Source of the DNA: Podarcis tiliguerta
Lineage: Eukaryota
DNA: 64,000 bases
Reading direction: 5' to 3' (one strand)
Assembly: GCA_965153285.1 (NCBI GenBank)
Contig: OZ229111.1
The position numbers and the translations under genes were made by a program. The notes below the pieces were generated by a model. The model saw nothing but the letters and a program-made list of their open reading frames with translations, ran no database searches and was not told the DNA's origin. Below, in pieces: positions 23,456 to 64,000 of the stretch (its first letter is position 1; each line of letters opens with the position of its first letter).

Positions 23456-25122
23456 TAGTTCCTTGGTAACAGCAGCAGAGTTCTGTCATGGTCATGCTGT
23501 GCTTGTGGGCTTTTCAAGAGTTAAGTTCAGCAATGATAGCTGGTGAAAATATCAGGATGCACATCCTCATTCTCAGGATGCATTAAGCGTCACATGCTAA
23601 AATGGGTGGAGGAAACGGAATCCTCTGCTTAGCTCATATAAATAGTATTGCTTGTTAGATAAGTTGATTTGGACATCACCAGCTCATGAAGGTTGTGAAA
23701 TTGCCCATGAACTGGAGTCCTGATGCATGTAATCCAAAAAACCCATTTTACTCGGTAGAAATCTGAAAATATATACAGTATAACAAATTATTGAATTAAA
23801 AACAGAAGCAAAAACGTCAAGAGCCAGCACTAACAATATATTAAAGAGAAAAAAGAATACAAAACTTAATGTTTAAAAAGGAATGTTTTCAAGCTACCCC
23901 CCCCCCAAACACACATTGCTTCCCCAGATTTCCTGTTGTAAAAAAAGAGCAAAGGACAAAGCTGAGTTATTGCTTCCCCTCCCGAAGGTGCTTTCAGCTA
24001 TACATCATTGGTGAACAGAAAGCTTTTATGGCAGAAACCAGTGTTTTACATCTGGCTCTGGCCTCAGTACCATCAGAAACCACAGGGCTTCACTCACTGC
24101 ACCTCCCTGGTATAAGAACTATTTGTTTCAATGATTGGTACCAACCACACCATAATTATCCAACTAAATGGGTGGCATTAAGTGAACCCTTACATTACTG
24201 AGCTATTCCCACGCAATCTTGGGGACTGAAATTCGTCAGAAAACGGGCACTCCCTCTTTCAGTGGCATGTTCCTGCAAAGGTGGGTGGGCAGCAAGGTAT
24301 ACTTGCCCTGGAACTCGGAGGACTAAGTTGGTGGGAGGGGGGCTGCCATGGATGGGCTGCTTTTATGTTTGAGTTTATAACTTTATTCTGACAAGACACT
24401 TCCCAGGCTTCAGACAAGCTCTGCATGGGCCTGCCACTGGGGTATCACAAAATACTTGCAACATGTTGTAGAAAGTAGACATTTGATAAAACATGGTTAA
24501 AATCCTGATTACTGAGACACCCATCTCCTCAGAAGTTAAGTTGCAGGCCTAGGCCATCCTGCTGCTTATATGCCTGACCTTACCTATTTGTTTCACCCTT
24601 CAGATGACAGCTTCAGATGTCAGTTTTCCCAGGAGAATACTCAGCTCCCAGTGCAAAACAGGTAAGAAACACAAGACTGCGCAGTTGTGTTAGGGATACT
24701 TGCAGCTCTAGGAATAGTCCTAGGTGTCACCATTAAAACCAGCTCTTCAGCACTTTGGACAATTCAATAATAAAACAAAGTTGCTTATTATATCTGCAAC
24801 AAACTGTTGCAGTATGGAGTGCTGTCTTCCAGGGTACGCTTATCCATCATCCCTCCATGTGTTCTTATTCCCAAACTTAAAACAGCATTCTGTGGCCACT
24901 GAGCGTGCTCAATCTCATTGAACTGTGTTTCCTCCCACATGTCTCTTGTACTTCTTCCATGCCAGCTGATACCTTCCTTGGTGTGCACGAATGAACACAA
25001 ATGTGCCATTTATAGGCTTAAGATGAATATTGCTGCTAGTGTGGCTAAGAACATGCCACTCGCGTTATTAGCAGCTATAATTAATGTATCCTCAATTAAG
25101 GATTACAGACTTATTGGCAATA

Positions 25123-25364
25123 CAGTGGTATCTCGGGTTAAGTACTTAATTTGTTCCGGAGGTCCGTTCTTAACCTGAAACTGTTCTTAACCTGAAGCAC
25201 CACTTTAGCTAATAGGGCCTCCTGCTGCCGCCGCGCCGCTGGAGCCCAGTTTCTGTTCTTATCCTGAAGCATAGTTCTTAACCTGAAGCACTATTTCTGG
25301 GTTAGCGGAGTGTGTAACCTGAAGCGTATGTAACCTGAAGTGTATGTAACCCAAGGTACTACTG
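25123..25364. mobile_element. Tc1/mariner-type MITE (same family)
   Basis: CAGTGGTA...TACTACTG TIRs, TA TSD, internal TAACCTGAA repeats. Confidence 0.88.
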
Positions 25365-27297
25365 TAATTACTTGTGGTACATGGGAACATTTCCAGCGCT
25401 TGCCATTACTAGGAACGGGTATATAATACCAGGGCTTTTTTTAAAGCTGGAAATCAGCAGAACCTTTTTGGTGCGTTCTGGCAGCCTTTCAGCTCAACAA
25501 ATTTGGGTGGATGCTCAGCAAGTTTCACCACCTCTTTCTAGAACCTCCCCCCCCCCCATACTACTATATGCAAACTGATACTGAGGTGCATCTGATATGA
25601 ATAATAATGTGCTTGTTTGTATACTGTTATAAATAACAAGCTATGGCCTCTTAAACTATGTGTGTGGAGTTATTGGTTTTGTTTGTTATTATGGTATGCA
25701 TTTCTGTGGTTTTATATTGTAAACTGCCCTGTGATTTTCAAATGGATGTTATAGAAATTTAACAATACGCTCTAGTAAGGGAGCCTGTCAATAACCCATT
25801 TGATTATATGAGGTATAATCATTCCACCACTGTGAAGAGAACTGTATCATTGTGTGTACCCTGTGGTAATAATAATGAAAATTGGTATTAATCGTGTGTG
25901 TGTGAAAATCAGCTCATGTGTTTGTTTCAGTGTCAGCTTTAATTTCCCACCCCTGTCAGAAGAGTTTTGAAGTATGTTCACCTTCCAGGATTGAGGAGAG
26001 GTACCCCATCTGCTGTCATACATAAACCCATAAAAAGCAAGCTCATTGGCATACTGGGACTTACTCTGCCTCACAGACAAGGTCTGGTGGAGTGGGGAAT
26101 CAGCAATTGCAGCAGAAGCTCACCTAGGGTAGGCAACCACATCCTCTCCCTTCTAGGGGGAAGGCAGGGTGGTGCCATGCTCTTCCCCCTCAGCAACGCC
26201 AACTGTCTCCACAAATCGTGGAGAAACTGGCAGTAGCGGGCAGCCATGGGAATAGCACTCCACTGCAGCTGCTGCCAGGATTGCCGGCTGCTGCCTGTAC
26301 TACATACAAAACTATTTGTAGTAAAAAGTATGACTTAATCCAGTAGTCTGTTGTAAAGTGGGACTAAGAACAGAGATTTTTTCCAATTTGTAACGCTTCG
26401 CCTGAAAGGGGGGTCATCTGATCAAAATGCCCTTTAAAGCTGCGAATTGGGGAGATCACACAGAACAGAGACTTGAATGTTTTATAGTTCTTCCTTCTAC
26501 TAGTGGTTTTGTAGGCACCTGCACACTGAGCAACACTGATTCCCCACTTTATATTCTGGCCATGCAACCCTATTACTATTGCTCTGATATTTGATGTAAT
26601 CAGTCACATAGCAGCTTCAAACGGTTGTCACATCACTACTGTTTTTATCATTCCTGTAGCAATGGTGTGCCCATCATGATAATTCATCTTTGCCAAAATA
26701 CCAGCTGTTCTAGGGTTTTAAACTTTGAGCAGAATGCAGGAGTGTATCTCCTGGCAGGGGCAGGTTGTAAGGAACATGTTACAGCCCTTTCGTGTATTTC
26801 CACTTGTTCCTCAGTGATTTCTGGATACAATTCAATTCAAGATGCTAGTTTGGGTTGCAAAGTCCTTTGATGGTGTACGCCTCTTAAAGATGCTGGTGGT
26901 CTTAACACTCAGCTGATACCAGCCCGCTTGAGATTACCATCTGTGTACACTCTCGATGGCAACTTCTGCAATTGCAGGACTTCCTTCCCCTGAAGACTCG
27001 GCAGCATCTGAGGATGTTTCAGGATTGTTGCAAACCTTTTTTATTTGGACTGGTTAGGGAGGTAGGATGATGGGTTATATAAAACAATAATAAAAAAAAC
27101 TTCCTAGTTGGTATTTTTTTACAAAAGTTCACTCAAAGTGAATTAACAACAGCAAATGAATGAATGAATAACATACATTAAAACTAGCATAAAATGAAAT
27201 AGAGAAAAAATCAAAATCATATTTAAAGGCAGGACTGACACAATACACTCAAGGAGGCAGATAGATTATGGGGGTTATGGCACACTGCTGACCTTAT

Positions 27298-28852
27298 AAC
27301 ATCCTCTGGACCCTTGCCCCTCTTGGCTGATAAAAGCTAGCAGGAAGGTGATTAATGCCTCCTTGTGAGAGGGGGTGGTCCCTGCCTGCTTGAAGTGGTA
27401 AAACCACTCCTCAATAAACCCTCCTTCAGTTCAGAAAACCTAACAACTACCAGCCAGTTGCTAACTTCCCTTTAATGAGCAAGGTTCTTGAGTGGGTGGT
27501 CGCGGATCATACTCAGGTGCTCTTGGTGGAAACTGATTTTCTAGATCCATTTCAAAGAGGGTTTAGGCCAAAGTTTGGCACATACACTGCTTTGGTTGCC
27601 CAGTTTGAGGATCTCTTGTCAGGAGATGGGAAATGTGTCCCTGTTAATTCTCTTCAGCTTCTCAGCAGCTTTCAGTACCATCAACCATGGTATCCTTCTG
27701 GAGAGGCTGTCCAAATTAAGGATGGGTAGCATTGTTTTGCAGTGGTTCCAGTCCTACTTGGATGGACATTTCCGGAGGATAATGCTTGAGTGTGGTTTTT
27801 TTGCACCATGGAGCCTTCAGTGTGGGGTTCGTCAGGATTTGCTTTTACCCCCTATGCTGCTTAACATTTACATGAAACTGCTGAGTGGGGTTATGCACAA
27901 GTTTGGAGTATGTCGTCAGCAATATGCTGATGACACTCAGCTCTACTTTTCCTTTACATCTACAGGTATGGCAGTGGATGTGCTGGAATGTTGTCTTGCC
28001 TTGGTAATTAACTGGATGAGAACTAACAAATTGCAGTTCAATCCAGGTAAGACTGAAGCGGTTCTTTAGACTGGGTGGATGGGAGGTTGTCTGCTGTTAA
28101 TGGGGTTACACTCCCTCTGAACGAGCAGGTATGTAGCTTGGGGGGTGGGTGCTTCTTGATCCTTTGCTGTCACTTGAGGCTGAAGTGGCCTCAGTGGCAT
28201 GGAGTGCTTTTCATCAGCTTCAGCTGGTGTCCCAGCTGTGCCCCTATCTGGGCAGGGATAGCCTAACTTCTGTGGTCTACTTCTAGGTTAGATTACTGAC
28301 ACGCGTTATAGGTAGGGCTGCCTCTGAAGTCAGTTTGGAAACTTCAATTGGTGCAGAATTCAGGTTGTTCATGGGGCCAAGCTGCCAATTAGCTTCCAGG
28401 CCCAATTCAAAGTGCTGGTTTTGATCTATAAAGCCTTTAATGGCTCAGGACTGCAATAGCTCAAGGATCAACTCTTGCCATATGCATTGACCTGGAAACT
28501 GCAGTCATCATATGAACCCTTCTTCATGCGCTTCCTCCATGAGAGGGTGGCAACAACAGAAGGAGCATGTTCTGCAGTGGATCTCCATTTGTGGTGTGCT
28601 CTCCCCAGGAAGGTCCAGCTAGCGCCTTCATTATCCACCTTTAGCTGCCTAGCGAATACGTTCCTCTTCAACCAGGCCTTGGGCTAATTAATAGACATCC
28701 TATACCCTTTAAAATGTGTTGGGCAGGAGGAACAGAGGTTACTGGTGTTTTGGTTTTGTGCTTATTTTTATTATATATTTTGTGCTTTAATCTTGTATTT
28801 TTATGCTGTGAACAGCCCTGAGATCTACACAAATTTAATATAAATAAATAAA
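27298..28852 (+). mobile_element. 5'-truncated, frameshifted L2-clade LINE (RT remnant)
   Basis: Motifs LDPFQ.GFRP, SAAF.TI.H.IL..RL, QYADDTQLY, WM..NKL..NP.KTE split across frames; (TAAA)n tail near 28840. Confidence 0.85.
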
Positions 28853-29343
28853 CAAAACATCCTGTTTCTAGTACTGTCTGGCAGCTTTGGATTTTGACTG
28901 TGGTCTCCTATTTTAACGGGTTGCAGTCCTGATATTTTAACATTTGGTATGGGGGAGACTTAATTTTTTAAATAAGCATTTATATACCATCAACTTATAA
29001 AAAACAGTAAAATAATTAAAACATCATGAAATTATAAAATTATTAAATACAGAACAAATTAGTTTATTCATCAGAGCAAATATAGGTTGCAGTGCTGATA
29101 TTTCATCATTTGGTATGGGGTAGATTTGAAATATTATTAGAAAACTAATTGCAGTGGCAATTCCTCTACTGGGGAGGGCTTTCAGAGAACTGAGCTTGTA
29201 CAACATGCAACTGAATTTTGAACTATGAGGGAAACCAGTTGATGAGCTGGGACCCAACATTCAGTGTAGCCTTTGCCAAGTCTTCCTGTACAAGAGCAAA
29301 AGATCAAAGAAAAAAAGTGTACTTCATATCTTCAGTACAAATG

Positions 29344-29349
29344 TTTATT
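29344..29349 (-). terminator. Distal BRD4 poly(A) signal AATAAA
   Basis: tttatt on the + strand, followed on the minus strand by a U-rich downstream tract. Confidence 0.6.
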
Positions 29350-30207
29350 TTTTGCAATGAGAACTGCACAAAAAACCTTTAGTATATAAGTGAAAATTCT
29401 ATGAATTCCCTTCTACAAATGTCTAAAGTGTTTAATACAAGTTTCAAATTCACTGACATAATTATTTGCCAAGCGTTCCGTGCATTAAGTACAGTGGGAT
29501 TGTACATTTCTCTTATTCATTTGTACAAGACTGAAGAAGGGGGAAAAATAAACAAGATTACATCATTTAGGCTAGACTCCTACATCTAATGTCTGTAATT
29601 GTTAAAATCATACATGGGGTTGGGGGAAGAAAGGGAAATTAAATATGTCTCAGTCTGAATGACAACCAAATTATAAACACAAACATTTTGTAAAAACAGA
29701 AAAATAAAACACAAGAATAGCAAAAAATACCTTTGGCAGAAAAAAAAGAATCATGTCCCAACTAACGATATCACCCTATGTTCATCATTCAGAAATGTGT
29801 AAAAATAAAATACCAAGTACAGCTTTTAAAAAATTAAAGTAGATAGGTGCAAGCCTGTAAACATTTCAAGAAGTTTGCAAAAGATAGAAAGGAGGGGAGG
29901 AGAGTGAGGAAGAAGAACGAGACAGCTGAGTAAGCCACCAATCTAAAAAACTCTATCACTACTTGGAACTCTCAACTACCGACAAGGTTTGGCAAATGTC
30001 AAATGCAAAAAGAGGGGTTAACATTAAAAAAGGACTAACCTCACTACTGACTAGATACAAGGGGTGTTGTTCTTTGCATACATATAAATTATATATTTTT
30101 AAAATTTTACAGCCGAGGGTGCTCTCTTGGTAGAAGTTCCAGCATCTCCATTTTGTTATGCCTTTATTTTTGTCAGTATGGTGCGGTTTTATTATGTACA
30201 ATTGTGA

Positions 30208-30275
30208 TGAGCTCATGTGTGACCAACTCTTACAGTGGATGTGAGCTCATCTGTGATCAACTCTTACAGCGGATG
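30208..30275. repeat. 34-bp tandem duplication in the BRD4 3'UTR
   Basis: TGAGCTCATGTGTGACCAACTCTTACAGTGGATG x2 with 3 mismatches. Confidence 0.8.
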
Positions 30276-32852
30276 TGCACTAAAAGTACCCCAAAAACCC
30301 TGAGCTTAAAATTAAAGGAGGGAGATGATCATCCAAAGTGCTTCGTAAAAAGGGCAAGTGGGGGTGGGGGAGACATGGGGGCAAGGAATACTGTGAGAAA
30401 GGACTGGCAATGGAAATGAAAAGATCAGAACAACGTTCAGAAGGGAAGCCAAAGTTCCTACTTCCCCATCAAAGATCTGCACAAAAAGAGCCAAGAAGAG
30501 AAGATTAAGGCCAGTTAATGAACTTGTGGTAAATAGGATGCGCCAGTGGCACAGGGAAGAGGAGGGGATGCAAGGGGCTCTTTCTACTTAATTCTGAGCC
30601 GTGGCCACAGTAATATGAGCCCCCTTTCCCTGACAATTTCTGGGATACAATTTAAAACCAAGGGCTAATCCATCAATTAAACCTTCACAAAGAATCTGCG
30701 TGAGTGAGAGATTCAACATCTCGTTCATTCTGAAGTAATAATGCTCACACGCCAGCAGTTAAAGGGTGGAAGCTAGTTTTGTGTACAATCCAGCGTACTG
30801 TGACTACCTTTATGCTGGTCCAAAAAATGAACAGCTACACGTTCCCAAGCATACAGTGACCCCCCCAGGCCAGTGCACAGTCCTCAGAAACCCAGCATCC
30901 TTTGGACTACACAGTTGCATTTTAAAGCTAAGGGCAATTATTGGCCAGAAATCTAGCCCACTCCTAATACAGATCTGCTGGGCTTGGAGATGGAAGTGCA
31001 AACACCCCCTTGGCCTTCTCAAGACTGGCAACTACCAGGAAGAAGGAGAACACAGACAACATTTTGCTTGCTTTAAGCAACTCATGGCGGCAGAAAGCTT
31101 GACCAACACCTACTTGCACATCCTTTCAGCAAGGTAATACTCAAACAGCCTTCACAGAGGCTATCTTGGGAGCATCTCTTCTTTAGACACCCCTTCACTC
31201 CCTCAAAGTACCCAACTGTCTGGTACTCTACACAGAAAAGCTTCGAGATCTTCTAATGATGTAGAGTTAAAAAGGCACCTTTAGGTAAAAATTCAGTGTG
31301 AAGACCAACAGCTCACAAGAATACCAAAGAATCACTGGCCCCTAAATTCAGTCTGTTCCCTTCAGTACATGGCTACTGCTCCATGCACCTCTGACAACTA
31401 AGGGCATAGAGATTTAATTGCTCATTGAAAGGCCAAGTCCAAAGTTAGGCTGGGAATGGGTGACACATGGTCTGCCATGCCATCTGACAGTGGCAGCCTA
31501 TAGCCTGGTATTGGAGCTGTGCAGCAGGCCACAATACACACCTGTTGCAAAAAGACCTGAGATTGATGCTGAAAAGGACCAAAAGATGCAAGGGCAATAC
31601 TAATCAGAGGCAGTTGAGAGCTACCTTAGGTATTGCCTTTCCCACTCCTCCCAATACACTATGGAAAATCACATGAGGAGTAAGGGTAGTACAGTCTTTT
31701 CCAGGTCTGGAGACATGAAGGTAGCCCAGCATAAATTGCTACCTATATTTATGTCATTTTGGACACCACCCTTTCTACAACATACATATTATATAATACA
31801 AGGCTGAGTTTATCTCCCATTTGGCCAGTTATAATCTAGTTGGGCAATGCATCTCATATGAGTGTAGAGATGATGGCAAATTATGCAAACTGTCTTTCAA
31901 AACTTCTGTCATATGGGAAAATAGGGATGTCTTTGGCTGAACGCGCAGAAGTGAGGTTGGTTTGAGGTGTTCACGCAAAGTGATAGCATCCTCTACAGCA
32001 GCTAGCCAGGGAGGGCCCGAGCTGCCAGGAATAAGTACACTGAATAACAGTGTTTGATAGCCCAACCCCACTGACCCAGACTCAGGACAGTTTCTGACAG
32101 AACAGTCACATTTTGTCAAGAGAGGTATCAACACAAGCTCTACACTGTCAAATTCTGGGGCCAGGAGGTCCTCCGAGAACACTTGTTTGGAGGAAGAGTA
32201 CAGAAAGGTGAACTATCTATTCCTTCCTCTCCTTTCACTGGATCCTCAAGGGGTCAGCTGCAGCCAGTCCAAATGCACCAAACCTAAGCACTTTTCAGGC
32301 AGCCAAATTTAAAAGAAAGTATTTCACTGACAACATGGGACTTGTCCAAGGCTTGGAGGACCATTGTCCATAAGCAGACAAACCTTGCCTCTTTCTCACT
32401 GCAACTGAAGTGGACCAATTTTCACTGCTGGAAGCTACATCATACATTTGCTAAGATTTGTCCACTGCAGGAAGAGGAAGTAACTGAGAGCTATCCCTGC
32501 ATGATCTTTTCCAACTTTTGGTTTAGTTCTATAGCATGAAACCAGCCATGGGGTAAGATGCCTTCTGGGAAAGTCTTTTCTGAGAAGGCACAAACTGCTT
32601 GATACTTTGTCTTCCTACAGTTTCTATGGAATTCTGTTGCTTTAGGATTGCTCCCAGGGAAAGCTTTTCCCAGGTTTGTGACAAGACAGAAACCCTGTTA
32701 ATTGTGGCCGGAGAATTCCCTTCTCTGCTGGAGCAAGACAGGTGAGGGGGCAAGCTGTCCTTTTGCAGCTTTACCCCCTTAAGTAATTTAATCACAAGCA
32801 GGATTTAAAAGAAATGTCAGTACGACACCAACTTTAAAAAAAAAGAGATGAG

Positions 32853-32858
32853 TTTATT
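32853..32858 (-). terminator. Proximal BRD4 poly(A) signal AATAAA
   Basis: tttatt on the + strand, followed on the minus strand by a U-run and GU-rich sequence. Confidence 0.6.
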
Positions 32859-34134
32859 CCATGATCAGTACAGACCAAATGCATATTCACCGTATTAAAG
32901 TAAAACCAATTAATTACTCCAGAGATTGGCCAATACTGACACACCAGTATTGTACTGTATAGTGGGTATTTATGGCACATAAACTTGGAACAATTCAAAG
33001 AGTAAAATGGAAAAAAAAACACACTAAAGGTGCTGGGAAAACGATCACTGCTAGTGTGTGAGAGAACTCAACTGAAGGCAAGAGGAGCAGGCCTTCCTGC
33101 TGATCCAAGTCCACTCCCACTCCCTCCTTGGAGCTGCTCCTTTGCTGTATAAAAACTAATTTAACAGACTCCATGACATTTAAAACCCAAAATGTATCTT
33201 TCTGGTATTACAGTTAAAAATATAGATGAAAAGTCTGGAACTGAGCAAAATATAAGCAGTGTCTTTACAGAGTTTGGTGGGCTCACCAATAAAACCCAAA
33301 CAAATATATGCCAACTATATTCACTATACAATACAGCCACAGTCAAACACTATTGACAGGGTGGGAGATACCCCTGGTGCTAATGTTTTCCCCACTCCAA
33401 TCCATAATGAAGAGACAAGAATACCCACTCAAGAGCTGAGCAGTGCCAATTTGTCTGGAGGAAAATAAACAGATTGAAAGAAACTGACTTTGGTTGGTAG
33501 TCTAGCTCAGATTCCTGGACCTCCACACAATGCTAAAAACAGAAACCTCACTCAAATTGCCAGGTACACTTGACACCTCCGCTAAATTATTCCCTTTTTC
33601 ACAAGCGAACACTTACAGAGAATGGCTCCCAGCTACAGGCTTGTGGGAAGTTTAGTTAAAGGCAAAGCCAGTGATGACAGGACTCAGAAACAGCTTGTAT
33701 GTCTTCTTGTACACAGCCTCTCAATGCAGAGTGTCTTGTGCTGCCAGCACACAGCATTGTAGAGTCAAAGACATTCTGTAACTCAGAACTCTTAAGAATA
33801 GAAAAGGGGTGAACAGCATTAAGTCCTGGATATACTGCAAGTAAGTTTGGCATAGAGAATATCAAGTGATCAGGGGCACCCTTCCCAGTAACTGCATGTC
33901 CACCGACTCAAACCTAGTACAGAGTTGGCTTGTCTTGGTCTTTCTTTCTTCAGTGAGGCGGGGTGGGGAAGAAAATCACATTGTAAGGCAGACTCTGCTG
34001 ATCCTTCTGAGGCCGCATCTGTCACACATGCAGAAAGGCTGCAGGAATGCTCTCCTCCCAGCCGCCAACAACACTATGGAGAGTCAAAGATTTGCCAGGA
34101 AATTAAGGAGTCAGGCAAAGAAAACCAGGCGCTA

Positions 34135-62700
<28,566 letters not shown>

Positions 62701-63577
62701 CTGCAAAAGCAAGCAGACACTCTATGTAGCCTTCTGTTACTTGTATTGGCTAGATAGGATCAAGTGAAATCCTCACAACTGAGTAAATACTCCGCATAAG
62801 AAGGGGAAAACACCATCACAAACACTTCCCACAAAAATGGCATTGGAAAAGGTTCACTTTTCCCCATAAGATTTTAATAAAGCTTTTTATGATACAATAA
62901 GATAAAAGCTAAAGAAAAACGAAGAGAAAAGAACATGCAGAGTCGTCTCTCAAAGGTAGCTCTTAACCCTTGCCTCACTTTTGATTTCTAGAAAATATGC
63001 TTAACTATAGTTAGGCCAAGTATATAATTCAACGTAAGTATCAAGTTTACGGGAAAAAGAGAAACAGTTAAAAATCACATAAAAATCTTAATATCCAGTG
63101 TAGTGAAATATGGGGACCAGCAGTGTAGCTGTGTGCCATGAAGCCCCTGGTTCAAATCTTCGTCTTAGCCATAAATTCACTAGGTGGCCTTAAGCTATTA
63201 CGTGAGGTGCGGGGAACGTAAGGCCCTCCTGGCCTCTCTATCTGGACTGTGGGACTTTCCCAGGCCACGCCTCCTCACTGGACTTACTCTGCACCCTTGT
63301 CAGCTTTTGTGTGGAATGTCCTTGGACTATGCTTGCCTGGAAGGACAACATGTGTGTGCGTGGAAGCTTTTGGCTGGAATGCAGCCCATTATACAGAGTT
63401 TAGAGTCATGTCTGTTGCTATGCCCACCTTTTCCTTGGCCCCATCTACCACCACCACCATATGGCCCCCAAAAGATTGCTCATGAGGAATGCAGCCCTTG
63501 GGCTGAACAAGATTCCCCACACTTGCACCGTAGTCTCTGCTTCTCATCTGTAATTAGGGGGTCATAATACCTTGTTC

Positions 63578-63939
63578 GGGACGCGGGTGGCGCTGTGGGT
63601 TAAAGCCTCAGTGCCTAGGGCTTGCCGATCGAAAGGTCGGCGGTTCGAATCCCCGCGGCGGGGTGCGCTCCCGCTGTTCGGTCCCAGCGCCTGCCAACCT
63701 AGCAGTTCGAAAGCACCCCTGGGTGCAAGTAGATAAATAGGGACCGCTTACTAGCGGGAAGGTAAACGGCGTTTCCATGTGCGGCTCTGGCTCGCCAGAG
63801 CAGCGATGTCACGCTGGCCACGTGACCTGGAAGTGTCTTCGGACAGCGCTGGCCCTTGGCCTCTTTGAGTGAGATGGGCGCACAACCCTAGAGTCTGTCA
63901 AGACTGGCCCGTATGGGCAGGGGTACCTTTACCTTTACC
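63578..63939 (+). mobile_element. Sauria-type SINE, CpG-rich (young) copy
   Basis: A/B boxes, (ACCTTT)n tail, 13-bp TSD TAATACCTTGTTC. Confidence 0.9.
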
Positions 63940-64000
63940 TAATACCTTGTTCAAACTTTTTAAACAGGGAGCCAGTTCACTGTCCCTCAGACACTGTTGG

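Larger units (their letters stand above)
29325..34134 (-). other. BRD4: BRD4 long-isoform 3'UTR (~4.8 kb)
   Basis: Follows the TAA. Minus-strand AATAAA at 32853-32858 and 29344-29349, each preceded by AU-rich UTR-like blocks. No recognisable transposons. The end is approximate. Confidence 0.65.

Noticed and set aside
25123-25364. Short repeated TAACCTGAA units resembling a CRISPR array
   Set aside because: These are subterminal repeats of a eukaryotic MITE, with no unique spacers and no cas genes.

Overview
Vertebrate genomic DNA, most likely a lacertid lizard (inferred from Sauria/POM-type SINEs and lizard-type MITEs). The right half holds the 3' part of BRD4 on the minus strand: 15 coding exons from BD2 through the ET domain to the C-terminal motif, and a ~4.8 kb 3'UTR with two poly(A) signals. 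A short BRD4 isoform is predicted from intron read-through. Downstream of BRD4, in the gene order known from mammals, lie two tandem, intact EPHX3-like epoxide hydrolase genes. Each has 7 coding exons and its own CpG-island promoter, and the proteins are about 79% identical by hand alignment. The BRD4-proximal copy (B, 365 aa) has the canonical active site. The distal copy (A, 368 aa) keeps its reading frame and all splice sites but has a rewired active site: nucleophile Asp->Asn (GHNWG), first ring-opening Tyr->His, and a new Asp at nucleophile+24, where Cif and dehalogenase-type enzymes carry their catalytic acid. It is a candidate pseudoenzyme, latent self-activating enzyme or neofunctionalised hydrolase. 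Between the copies, a 1.35 kb poly(A)-tailed retroposon with a perfect 18-bp target-site duplication (TSD) sits inside a Tc1/mariner MITE. Other repeats: SINEs, L2 and CR1 fragments, and hAT and mariner MITEs. All coordinates were read by hand.
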